52,260 bases of DNA from an uncultured Actinomycetes bacterium (GTDB lineage: Bacteria; Actinomycetota; Actinomycetes; S36-B12): the NCBI GenBank assembly GCA_903832025.1, contig CAIKZY010000076.1, positions 1-52,260 of the forward strand, in the 5' to 3' direction. The translations under genes were made by a program, and so were the position numbers. Shown here one piece after another: positions 1 through 8,718 of this stretch (positions are counted from its first letter, which is position 1; every line of letters starts with the position of its first letter). Under the pieces are notes generated by a model. The model was not told the origin of the DNA. It did not search any database and worked only from the letters and a program-made list of their open reading frames with translations.

Positions 1-120
1 AGGTCAGCTGTCGATCGAGACGTCTTTCCGCTGCCAATCAGGGAATCTGTCTTTCTGACAGTTTGTAATGTTGACATCTTGACTCTATGGCTTTCTGTAA
101 TACTCCCGGCATCGCTGACT

Positions 121-168
121 GGCTCACCGGCTGGCTCACCGGCTGGCTCACCGGCTGGCTCACCGGCT
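121..168. repeat. Tandem repeat, 4 x 12 bp GGCTCACCGGCT, upstream of parA (candidate centromere/iteron array)
   Basis: Four perfect consecutive copies read directly, with no spacers, ~150 bp upstream of the parA start. The function is inferred. Confidence 0.8.
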
Positions 169-315
169 GACCCCCTGCCTCACCACCTCACTCAACGCCC
201 TGACGCCTGGCCATCCGTCAGACTGGATGACTCACCGAACTGCGGCGTGTCTGCCCAAGTGCATGTCAGCTTGTAACTACTGTTTCCCGTGTTACTGCAG
301 GGATGTGGAGGTCTC

Positions 316-1152
316 ATGGCTGTTGTCCTTTGTCTCGCCGCTGAAAAAGGTGGCGTGGGCAAGTCCACCGTGGCCGCGAACTTGGCTGCCGCATTCGCGC
401 GGAGCGGATACGCAACGGTGCTCATTGACCTCGATCCGCAGGGCACGGCATCCAGTGCCTGGCTCGGGGTAACCTCTGACACCATTTCCAGTGCGGACTA
501 CCTCGTGCGGCCCGAGGCCGGGTCCACGATGGTGGTGGGGGAGGGCTGGATCCCAGCACCGGGGGTTCCAGGGCTCTGGGTGGTGCCGGCCGATCACGAT
601 CCCCTGGTTATCCGCGGCCGCGCCATGGTGACCGAGATGAATGCGGCTTTGATCCTGCGCAATCGCCTGCAGGCCCTCCAGGACGGCACACTCGGGGAGT
701 ACGCCGACATCGTCATCATCGACACCAAGGGCGCAGATCCGCATGAGCCGCTGGTGGCGGCGGGCTTGATTGCCGCTGACTTCGTTCTCCCGGTGCTCAT
801 TCCTGAGCCAGCCCAACTCGACGGGATCGCTCGGGTGGTGACCGCGGTGCACGCATTTGCCGAAGACGGTGTCTCCCAAGCGCAAGTGCTGCCACCATTG
901 GTAAATCAGTTCCCGCACGCGAATCAGGGCCGCAAGTCGGCAAATGTTGCCCAGAAACTTCTGGACGATGCCGGAGTGCCCCTTGCCGAAACCCGCATTC
1001 ATGCCTGGTCGGACGTGCGCATGGCGCAGTCAGAGAACACTCCGGTATGCGTGCACGCCCCAAAATCCAAGGCTGCGGGGGAGTACCACGCACTGGCCAA
1101 GGAACTGCGCAAGTCCATGGGCATAGGTAAGGCGCGAAAGGCGGTGTCCTGA
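316..1152 (+). CDS. parA: ParA/Soj-family partition ATPase
   Basis: Deviant Walker A EKGGVGKST, IDLDPQG and IIDT motifs, C-terminal SKAAGEYHALAKEL. GGAGG RBS before ATG 316. Confidence 0.93.
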   Translation: MAVVLCLAAEKGGVGKSTVAANLAAAFARSGYATVLIDLDPQGTASSAWLGVTSDTISSADYLVRPEAGSTMVVGEGWIPAPGVPGLWVVPADHDPLVIRGRAMVTEMNAALILRNRLQALQDGTLGEYADIVIIDTKGADPHEPLVAAGLIAADFVLPVLIPEPAQLDGIARVVTAVHAFAEDGVSQAQVLPPLVNQFPHANQGRKSANVAQKLLDDAGVPLAETRIHAWSDVRMAQSENTPVCVHAPKSKAAGEYHALAKELRKSMGIGKARKAVS

Positions 1153-1964
1153 TGTCGACGACCAATCAAGAGCGCGCCAAGAACTTGGCCGGGCTATTCG
1201 GCAAGCCTGCAGCGCGGGCTAACGAGGTGTCGGACGAGCCATCGGCAGACCCGACACCGAATGCTCCTGTGGCCAGGCAATCAGCAAAGTCGTCATCACG
1301 CCCGCCAGTGCGCGAATCCCGCGGTGGCAATGCACGACCGGTCTCCCCAAAGGCAGCTGCTCCATTGGTCGAAGAAAGTCATGCGATTGCCGCCGCAGTT
1401 GGCGTAATGGGCAAGGTCATCACGATCGCGGCGACAGATGCAGACCCCGGCTCGGTGGTGGGTGAGGCTGCAGATAACCCCACAGCAGTGGATGTGCACC
1501 CAATTGACCTTTCGCCCAGGCCAGTCGAACCGGCAACGCCGGAATCCTCCGCTGATCTCGTAACGGCCAAAGTGATCGAACTGCTGTGCACGCCAACGCG
1601 TTTGTCCGGCACCTCTGAGCGACATAACGTCCAAGTACCGCAGGCAACCTTGGATTTGTTGCGCGAGGTGGACAAGCGCCTGGCTCAGTCAGGGCGACCG
1701 GTGGTCTCGCGGAATGCGCTGCTGGCAGCAGCCGCGGAGCGGATCATCACCGACCCGGCACGCTTTGAGCATATGCAGGCTCCGGTCGCCCGCACCGGAA
1801 GTGCCGGAGTGCAAGGGCGCATCAGTCCCAATCTTCGAGTCCGCCTTCGTGCTGCGGTCTACAGCACTGACACACCGCTGGTGACTGCGCACGCCATGGC
1901 TCACGCCGTGAACGAATTGCTGGCGGCCGCCAAGCGTGGACTGCGGCTGTCTTCTCGTTCGTGA
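1152..1964 (+). CDS. Hypothetical ParA partner protein (disordered N-terminus, possible ribbon-helix-helix C-terminal region)
   Basis: Coupled to parA by a TGATG overlap. Pro/Ala/Ser-rich N-half. RHNVQVPQATLDLLREV and VQGRISPNLRVRLRAA resemble RHH strand-helix segments. Confidence 0.6.
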   Translation: MSTTNQERAKNLAGLFGKPAARANEVSDEPSADPTPNAPVARQSAKSSSRPPVRESRGGNARPVSPKAAAPLVEESHAIAAAVGVMGKVITIAATDADPGSVVGEAADNPTAVDVHPIDLSPRPVEPATPESSADLVTAKVIELLCTPTRLSGTSERHNVQVPQATLDLLREVDKRLAQSGRPVVSRNALLAAAAERIITDPARFEHMQAPVARTGSAGVQGRISPNLRVRLRAAVYSTDTPLVTAHAMAHAVNELLAAAKRGLRLSSRS

Positions 1965-2557
1965 CCAGCGGGGGAGCAGTTCACGCAGCACTGCGCCGAC
2001 GCGGACTCACCCTGGAATGGGCGACCTTGTCCTGGAATGTGATTGGCGTCCTGGTCTTGCTCGGCACCGCACTGACCGCCCATTCAGTTGCCCTGGGTGC
2101 GTTTGGCTTGGATTCGCTGCTCGAAATCGGCGCCAGCACCGTGGTGATCTGGGAGCTCAGCGAATCCAGCGAACGGCGCCAGGAGATGGGGCTGCGCATC
2201 ATTGGCCTTGCCTTCGCCGTGCTGGCGCTATACCTGGCAGTGCAATCGGTGATGGCGTTGACCGGCAACTGGGTAGCGCAGACCAGCCCATTGGGGATTG
2301 TCTGGACGGCGGTCACCGCGGTGGTGATGTTTGCCCTGGCTCGAGGAAAATCCATCACCGGTCAGGCGCTGGGCAATCCCGTACTGATCGCCGAGGCGCG
2401 CGTGACCGTGGTCGATGCCTGTTTGGCGTGTGTGGTGTTGCTTGGCCTGGTGTGCAACGCAATCCTTGGCTGGTGGTGGGCCGACCCGATTGCCGGCCTC
2501 GTGATTGCTGGCTACGCGGTGCGCGAAGCACGACATGCATGGTCAGCTGCGTCCTGA
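1961..2557 (+). CDS. Cation transporter (cation-efflux/CDF-like membrane domain)
   Basis: About 6 TM segments with LEWATLSWNV, SVALGAFGLDSLLE and LGWWWADP motifs typical of this actinobacterial family. GTGA overlap with the upstream gene. Confidence 0.8.
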   Translation: MTSGGAVHAALRRRGLTLEWATLSWNVIGVLVLLGTALTAHSVALGAFGLDSLLEIGASTVVIWELSESSERRQEMGLRIIGLAFAVLALYLAVQSVMALTGNWVAQTSPLGIVWTAVTAVVMFALARGKSITGQALGNPVLIAEARVTVVDACLACVVLLGLVCNAILGWWWADPIAGLVIAGYAVREARHAWSAAS

Positions 2558-2605
2558 CCCGTGCACGTGATCGCCCCGCGAGGCACCGCACCATCGCCTC
2601 AACGG

Positions 2606-3874
2606 TTATCTCGCTGGGGTCATCAAAGACGCTAACGTGCTGCGGTCATACAGCGCCAGCGTGGACACCTCGCCTGTCCGGCCATGGCGATTCTTGGCCA
2701 CGATCAACCACAGGCTTTCGGGGAATTCCGCATCGCGATGCAGCAAGATCACCGCATCGGAGTCAGCTTCCAGCTGGCCGGACTCTCGCAGGTCTGCCAG
2801 GGTCGGGCGCTTTTCCGCCCGAGCCTCTGATGCTCGGTTGAGCTGCGATGCGGCGATGACTGCAACGCGCTCTTCGATCGCCAGTCGCTTGAGAGCACGG
2901 GAGATCGCTGCGACCTCAGTCTGTCGATTCTCCGACGTTCCTGTCGGGGGAGTGAGCAACTGCAAGTAGTCGATGAGCACGACCTCGATGGGATGCTTGC
3001 CCCGTCGCGAGACCCGAATCGCCGCAGCGATATCCGACACGGACATTGATGCGTCCACGATCGTGATCGGCTCCAGCGCAGCGGGAAGCGCAGTTGGCTT
3101 ATCCAATCGCAATTGGCTCATCGGCGTTGCGGTGTAGTTCGCCAGGCACCGTTCGAGAACTTCGCGACTAGTCATTTCCAATGTTACGTACAGCACGCCA
3201 TGACCACTTGCGGCAATGGACACTGCGGCCTGCGCCAGCGCGGTGGATTTCCCCGTTGCCGGCCTGGCGGCGATCAGCATCATGTGCCCGGGGATGGCAC
3301 CGCGAATATCGGTCTGGCTGGCCAGGTCTGGCAATCCGATCGAAATGGCCGGCGAGGTGGTTGCGGTCAACCATTCATCAAAGACGTCAGCGATCGGCAC
3401 CACAGCGCGCTGAGTTTCCCCTGCCACTGCCGACTCAATCTGCTCCCAGGCAAATCGATGCAGTGCCTCGGCGTCCTCGCTGGTAGCCGGCGTGGGGTTA
3501 GCTTCCACGGCTTGTTGAATGCGCAGTGAGGCAACCTGCAACTGGCGCAGTGAGGCAGATTCCAGGATGCGCTGGGCATACCAGGGGATCGAGGCGGCAA
3601 GGCACCCGTCGTGCACCAGGTCGGTAACTGCCGTTGCGCCCCCGATTCGCTCCAGCAGCCCATCGGCACGCAACTGGACCACCACCGCAGCGACATCACC
3701 GCCCAGCACCGGGTTTTGGTGGTACACCGCTAACGCGGCGCCATAGATCGATGCCAGGCGCTGATCGGTGAAGTGCTCCGTTCGAACAGGGGATTCCAGT
3801 CGGTCCGTCTCGCTCGGTGCGATCAGGACTCCACCGACAAATGCGCGCTCTAGAGAATCCTGGGCGGGGTTCAT
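2606..3874 (-). CDS. dnaB: DnaB-like replicative helicase (mobile-element type)
   Basis: AARPATGKST, TLEM, IDYLQLL, SQLNR, LADLRESGQLEADSD and KNRHG motifs, plus a DnaB N-terminal-like region. Confidence 0.92.
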   Translation of the reverse strand: MNPAQDSLERAFVGGVLIAPSETDRLESPVRTEHFTDQRLASIYGAALAVYHQNPVLGGDVAAVVVQLRADGLLERIGGATAVTDLVHDGCLAASIPWYAQRILESASLRQLQVASLRIQQAVEANPTPATSEDAEALHRFAWEQIESAVAGETQRAVVPIADVFDEWLTATTSPAISIGLPDLASQTDIRGAIPGHMMLIAARPATGKSTALAQAAVSIAASGHGVLYVTLEMTSREVLERCLANYTATPMSQLRLDKPTALPAALEPITIVDASMSVSDIAAAIRVSRRGKHPIEVVLIDYLQLLTPPTGTSENRQTEVAAISRALKRLAIEERVAVIAASQLNRASEARAEKRPTLADLRESGQLEADSDAVILLHRDAEFPESLWLIVAKNRHGRTGEVSTLALYDRSTLASLMTPAR

Positions 3875-4803
3875 GGACCGGCCTGCTCAGTGCTGATTGG
3901 CAGCAGCGCTGCCGATGTAAGGATGTAACGTACGTCGACCTTGGCTCCATCATTTGCTGCCAGGGCAGTGGCGTGGTCCAGGACCTGCTGTGCCCACTTG
4001 GGATAGCGCGTGGACAGTGCCAGGTACTGGCTGCCATCCATCAACGGGGTTGCAGCCTGTTCGGTAGCCAGGGGTTCACCCGCCAAGAACCCGTCAATGG
4101 CCTCCGGTCCGGATCGAAGGATCCAGTTGAGATACCGGGGAGGGGAGTCGATGCCACCGCGGTCGCGGACTGCCTCGACCAGGCGGAGCAACTTCTCGGC
4201 TCCTACCTGAGACACGATCTGCTCCGGCAGTTGTCCGACAAATCCGATCGAGGACAAGGCATCGGTCAGCCAGCGGGGAGTTGCTCCCGAGTGCTGTGTG
4301 TTCATAGGAGAAACAGCAACAACAGGATCGGGGAACTTGTGCCCGCTGTTTGCCACCGTCGGTGAGGGAACGCGTGGTTTGACGGGGTAGGCAATGACCT
4401 GCGCATTATTCCCGCGGGAATCTTTCCCCCGGGAAATCTTCCCTGGTCTAAGTGGATCAGGATCCGGCGACGTGAGTCCGGGAATGCATGTAACAAAGTA
4501 ACGTGTGGGAGTCGCGCCGAGGCCTCGCCCAAGCCGCTTGCCGTCAACGCGCACGATCAACCCCGCTGCGTTGAGATCCGCCAGCCATTTGGCGCAGGTC
4601 TTTCGAGTCACTCCAAGTGACGCCGCAAGGTCGTCGGCACTGATGTTGGTGCACCAGCCGCCGGGAACATCGGCAGAAGGGGCAGCCAGGTGGCACAGGC
4701 GCAGCAGCGCACCGAATAGGGCAGTGCCCAATTGCGCGGCAAGCTCGGCATCGCTGGCCAGTTCTGGAAAGCCTGGTGGCACGACAGTGCGCGAGGTCAG
4801 CAC
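3871..4803 (-). CDS. Putative replication initiator with N-terminal winged HTH
   Basis: ISADDLAASLGVTRKTCAKWLADLNAAGLI HTH. C-terminal IDSPPRYLNWIL resembles phage/plasmid initiator C-termini. 4-bp overlap with dnaB and internal palindromic repeats. Confidence 0.6.
   Translation of the reverse strand: MLTSRTVVPPGFPELASDAELAAQLGTALFGALLRLCHLAAPSADVPGGWCTNISADDLAASLGVTRKTCAKWLADLNAAGLIVRVDGKRLGRGLGATPTRYFVTCIPGLTSPDPDPLRPGKISRGKDSRGNNAQVIAYPVKPRVPSPTVANSGHKFPDPVVAVSPMNTQHSGATPRWLTDALSSIGFVGQLPEQIVSQVGAEKLLRLVEAVRDRGGIDSPPRYLNWILRSGPEAIDGFLAGEPLATEQAATPLMDGSQYLALSTRYPKWAQQVLDHATALAANDGAKVDVRYILTSAALLPISTEQAGP
4408..4446. repeat. Palindromic TTCCC-NN-GGGAA repeats inside the initiator gene (candidate origin iterons)
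   Basis: ATTCCCGCGGGAAT (4408-4421), TTTCCCCCGGGAAA (4423-4436) and a half site TCTTCCCTGG (4437-4446), at ~15-bp spacing. Confidence 0.5.
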
Positions 4804-4825
4804 CAGATCACCTGGTCATCAGTGC

Positions 4826-5191
4826 TCATACCCACTGCTCTCGCAGATCGGTGTACCAGCGACCGATTTGTAGGCAGGCAACGGGGAATTGACGAAGTCG
4901 GTCGAGCGCACCCAGAGCTTGCAGCATCGTGGGCAGGATCTCGGCGGCTTCATGGCTGACCATCGGTGCGATCAACACGTCTTCAGCGCCGATGGAATCC
5001 GGCTTGGCAGGAAGCCCTGCTTGGCGCAGTCCCGGGGTGGTCAGCACTTTGGCCCACACCAGATCGGCTGCAGTCCAGGTGTCTGCAGGGGGGAGTACTC
5101 CTTCACGCTCCAGTTTGCGCGCGGTGGCTTCATTAATCCCGGTGAGACGGCATGCATGCGCCCTGGAGCGTGGGTCCAGGGGACGAGCCAT
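4826..5191 (-). CDS. Small putative DNA-binding protein (MerR/excisionase-like HTH)
   Basis: N-terminal AHACRLTGINEATARKLEREGVLP resembles a MerR-type HTH. First gene of the initiator-dnaB operon; start uncertain. Confidence 0.5.
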   Translation of the reverse strand: MARPLDPRSRAHACRLTGINEATARKLEREGVLPPADTWTAADLVWAKVLTTPGLRQAGLPAKPDSIGAEDVLIAPMVSHEAAEILPTMLQALGALDRLRQFPVACLQIGRWYTDLREQWV

Positions 5192-5394
5192 GCCCACATC
5201 TTTGTGCTCAATGAGGGTATTGAGCGGTAATGACACACCTGTTACTCGTACGCCTTGCGCTTTATCGATATTACGCGGGATTCATACGCATAATGCCATG
5301 AGTTATCCGTACGTTGTCCGAATATATTTCCCCGCATGCGGCACCCGGCTGGGCGGTAGGCGATCCTGTGCTGTCGCCAAAGTGAGGAATGCGC

Positions 5395-6015
5395 ATGTCC
5401 GACCTGCTCGCCCTGACCGTCTCAACTCGTGGACAGCAGTCGTGGTCGCTGCGGGTTCTGGAGGTGTTCCTGGCCCAGTTCGCCACGCGTTACGCCGATG
5501 CCGAAGTGTGTATGCGCGATCTCAACGCCCTGCCCCACATCAGCTTGGGCGCCCTGCAGGCTGGGCGGACCCCGGTCGACCAGCACACTGCGCAGCAGCG
5601 GCAGGACTTCGCCCTGCAGGCTGAACTTGTCGATGAGGTCGCCGCTTGTTAGCACCTGGTGATCGCTACCCCGATGTACAACTGGGGTCCACCCAGTGCC
5701 CTGAAGGCCTGGGTGGACCACTTCGTCAATATCCGCACCTTCTACGGCTCGCCCAGTCCGTTCGCCGGGAAGCAGATCACCGTCATCGTCTGCTCGGCAG
5801 GGCTGTATTCCCGAGGGGAGCTGATGGATGATGACGGGTTGAGGCCATGGTTGCGGATTGTGTTCCGCCGTCTAGGAAGTTCAGACGTTCATTTCATCGA
5901 CTGCGACCCCACCGGCCCGCTGGATCGAGGGACCGTGCAACTTGAAGATCCAGCCAGTGCTTGGGCCCAGGCCATGCGGCAGGTCACCGATCGGATTGCG
6001 GAATTGTCCGCTTAG
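5395..6015 (+). pseudogene. azoR: FMN-dependent NADH-azoreductase (AzoR/AcpD) interrupted by an in-frame TAG at 5650-5652
   Basis: Two same-frame ORFs join as ...[31 protein letters not shown]..., the flavodoxin-2 signature. N-terminal STRGQQSWS. Confidence 0.85.
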
Positions 6016-6211
6016 GCCCATTGCATGCTGACCGCTGACTACCAGGAACTCTCACCCTCAAGGAGACAGTTGCGCTGATTGGCAGATCACGCCGATAGCT
6101 AGTGGTCGGGGCAAAGGGGCTATCGACTGGAACCGGGAGTTGACCCGGCTGATCTGGCATAAGCGCGTGCAATGGGTGAGGCGAAGCGAGGATCAATCCC
6201 GTGTCGAGGAT

Positions 6212-7687
6212 CTATCTCGGGCGCACAGCGCCCATCTGGTCGAGGAGTTCATCGACGTCAATGGTGGCAATCCGTGTCCCGGTGTCGCTGAATCCGTAGG
6301 GAAGGATTAGGCGCTTTCCGTGAATCACTCCGCCGCACGAGTAAACAACGTTGGGGACGTAGCCATTGCGCTCACTGGCAATGGGCTCCAGCAGCGGGCT
6401 GTCCAATGAACCCAGGAGTACCGTGGGGTCGTCCAGGTCGAGCAGGATCGCTCCCAGCACGTACTTGCGCATCGGCCCGGTGCCATGCGTGATGACGAGC
6501 CAACCGGCCTCGGTCTCCATCGGTGATCCGCAGTTGCCACTTTGGACCAACTCCCACGGCTGGGAGGACTGCGCAAATGTCTTTCCTCGCGACCAGTGAT
6601 ACCCGTCATCAGAGGTGGCGATTGAGTTCGCTTCCCGATCCCAGCGCGACAGGGCCATGTACGTGCCTCCGACCTGGCGAGGGAACAGTGCAATGCCCTT
6701 GTTCAAGGCTGCCGGACCGGTCAAGTCCGTGGAGGAAAAGCATCGAAAGTCGACAGTCTCCAGAACACGGGGGACAACGGACTGCCCATCGAATCCGGTG
6801 TAGGTGCAGCGATAACTAGTTTCCCCGCCGGGACCGGTGAACCGAACCCACCTGGCGTCCTCGATACCGCGCCGTTCGTTGGAAGCGGTCGGCCAGATAA
6901 CCCGCTCGCTCAGGACCGTGTCATCACCGAAGTCCACCTCATAGCTACTTCGCGCAATCACTTGCAAACGCTCGGCGATGGCGTCCACGCCTGCGACATG
7001 AAAGCGCTTGGAATGCAGTTGGGCCAATGTGACATCGAGTTCCTCAGGGGTGAAGCTGTCCGGCAGCATGCCCAAGACGAACATAAGGTCGTCTAATGGG
7101 AGCCCGGCATCGGTGGCGGCCTGCAGGACCAGCTTGCTGCGGAGCACGGTGTATCGACGAGCTTGGGTGGTGGCATAGGCAGTGGCATCGTCAACGCGTA
7201 TTGATCCGTCAGAGTCGAGCATCCCTGACCGGAAGACCATCGAGCTGATGTGGCCTTCGCCGACTGCACGGATGCTCATGATGAATCGCATCTGGCCGTC
7301 AGATAGCCCGGATTGGTCTGGGGCAGGAACCATTGATGGGTTGAAGTACGCCGTCGCCTCGAAGGCATACTCCTGGGTCAGATAGGCCCCGATGAGCAAC
7401 CGCCGTGCCTCACTGAGCTCGTTGTCCGGGTCGACCAGACCCGCTACGGCACCAAAGTGCAGCTCAAATTGCTGAATCAGGTCCTTGTGACGATCACGGA
7501 ATTCCACGATGGTGGAGTCCAAGACTTCGGCAACCACTGCATCGGGCAATGACATGGCGCGCGCGATGACACCTTTCGCCCGTGAGGTACCTCGTATCAG
7601 TTCTTCCTCGCCGGGGATGAAAATGCGACACATCACCCGATCTGGGTTCGGTCGCAATATGGTGTCCGTGCGAGTGACTAGACCCAT
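6212..7687 (-). CDS. Glycoside hydrolase family 130-like (glycoside phosphorylase/hydrolase)
   Basis: FNPS, RAVGEGHISS, GIEDARW, YTGFDG, NKGIALFPR, GNCGSP and GYVPNVVYSCG motifs. Confidence 0.85.
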   Translation of the reverse strand: MGLVTRTDTILRPNPDRVMCRIFIPGEEELIRGTSRAKGVIARAMSLPDAVVAEVLDSTIVEFRDRHKDLIQQFELHFGAVAGLVDPDNELSEARRLLIGAYLTQEYAFEATAYFNPSMVPAPDQSGLSDGQMRFIMSIRAVGEGHISSMVFRSGMLDSDGSIRVDDATAYATTQARRYTVLRSKLVLQAATDAGLPLDDLMFVLGMLPDSFTPEELDVTLAQLHSKRFHVAGVDAIAERLQVIARSSYEVDFGDDTVLSERVIWPTASNERRGIEDARWVRFTGPGGETSYRCTYTGFDGQSVVPRVLETVDFRCFSSTDLTGPAALNKGIALFPRQVGGTYMALSRWDREANSIATSDDGYHWSRGKTFAQSSQPWELVQSGNCGSPMETEAGWLVITHGTGPMRKYVLGAILLDLDDPTVLLGSLDSPLLEPIASERNGYVPNVVYSCGGVIHGKRLILPYGFSDTGTRIATIDVDELLDQMGAVRPR

Positions 7688-8718
7688 CGCATGTCTCCGA
7701 TCAAGGCGAGTCGACGCTGGTCAGTCATCAGGTATGCCAGCGTGGATTCTGCACCCTGATTGGTGTTGCGGCCGTGAATGGTGAGTCCGTCATAGCCCGC
7801 GCCAGTACGGGGATCGAACATGCGGGTTTGAGTGTCGTTGACCCCGTCAAACCAGCCGTACGCTGCTTCGATCGTTGCGAGCCACTGCCGCTCCTCGGTG
7901 ATCTCATATGCGGTTGAGACCGCATCAGTGATCGTGCTGAGCTCGATGGGTTGCTGATCGAAGCGTTGGCGAGTCTCATTCGGTCCCCAACCCCCAACTG
8001 CGGTGACGGAGAAGGCATCGGCATGCATCTCAACGGTCAACAGCCAGGTGAGCAGAGCTAATCCAGCATCGGTGACGGCGGGCCGGCCCAGCAATGCCCC
8101 ACCCGCGATCAGCACCTCAGGCAAGGCCGCATTGGCATACGTCAATCGAGGTTGAGGCCAAGGCCAGCTCGGTTCGGCCGGTTCGGGGATCATGTCGATG
8201 GCAGCATGAAGGAGGTCTTGCGATGGTCGATGGTGGGGAATGAGCCGAAGCACCTCGGCAGCTCCCAGCGCGGCGAACAGCATCGAATGCAACCACGGAC
8301 TTCGACGAGAAACCGAGAACTCATAGCGAGACAGGGCATCGCTGCGCACCATCGGATCAGGGTCATGGGTGGTCACGGTTCCCAAAGCCCAGATGGCGCG
8401 GCCCCAGGCGTCGGCGCACTCGGCAGGTCCTGACCAACGTCCAAGCACGTCGCAGCGATTGACGAACCCACCGCCGGCACCTTGAGCATGAGACAAGAAG
8501 CGCAGGTAGGTCAGCACGAGCCCGCGCAGTTCCGGGGATCGCACCCGGCTGCGCTCCATGACGATCAGCCCGCGGGCAACGTCGTCCACGCAGTAGCCAT
8601 GCTCACGCCTGGCAGAGGATCCGAGCGCGTGTTCGAAGAGTCCTCGGGCATCCGACATCGCCAGGAGGTGTTCGAAATTCAACTCTGGCTGGGTCAATTC
8701 AGCTCCCAGTCGGTGCAA
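7678..8718 (-). CDS. Conserved glycosyltransferase-associated protein (alpha/alpha-barrel-like)
   Basis: GLFEHA, HGYCVDDVAR, LTYANA, FDQQPIE and NQGAESTLA motifs of the domain usually fused or adjacent to GT4 and GH130. Confidence 0.75.
   Translation of the reverse strand: MHRLGAELTQPELNFEHLLAMSDARGLFEHALGSSARREHGYCVDDVARGLIVMERSRVRSPELRGLVLTYLRFLSHAQGAGGGFVNRCDVLGRWSGPAECADAWGRAIWALGTVTTHDPDPMVRSDALSRYEFSVSRRSPWLHSMLFAALGAAEVLRLIPHHRPSQDLLHAAIDMIPEPAEPSWPWPQPRLTYANAALPEVLIAGGALLGRPAVTDAGLALLTWLLTVEMHADAFSVTAVGGWGPNETRQRFDQQPIELSTITDAVSTAYEITEERQWLATIEAAYGWFDGVNDTQTRMFDPRTGAGYDGLTIHGRNTNQGAESTLAYLMTDQRRLALIGDMRWV

Noticed and set aside
121-168. CRISPR array
   Set aside because: The 12-bp units are contiguous with no spacers, and there are no cas genes in the window.
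79-276. 65-aa ORF with GSPA repeats
   Set aside because: It is just the translation of the tandem repeat; TTG start and no clear RBS.
5650-5652. Pyrrolysine or amber recoding in azoR
   Set aside because: No pyl genes or suppressor tRNA are seen, and many intact genes here terminate normally at TAG.
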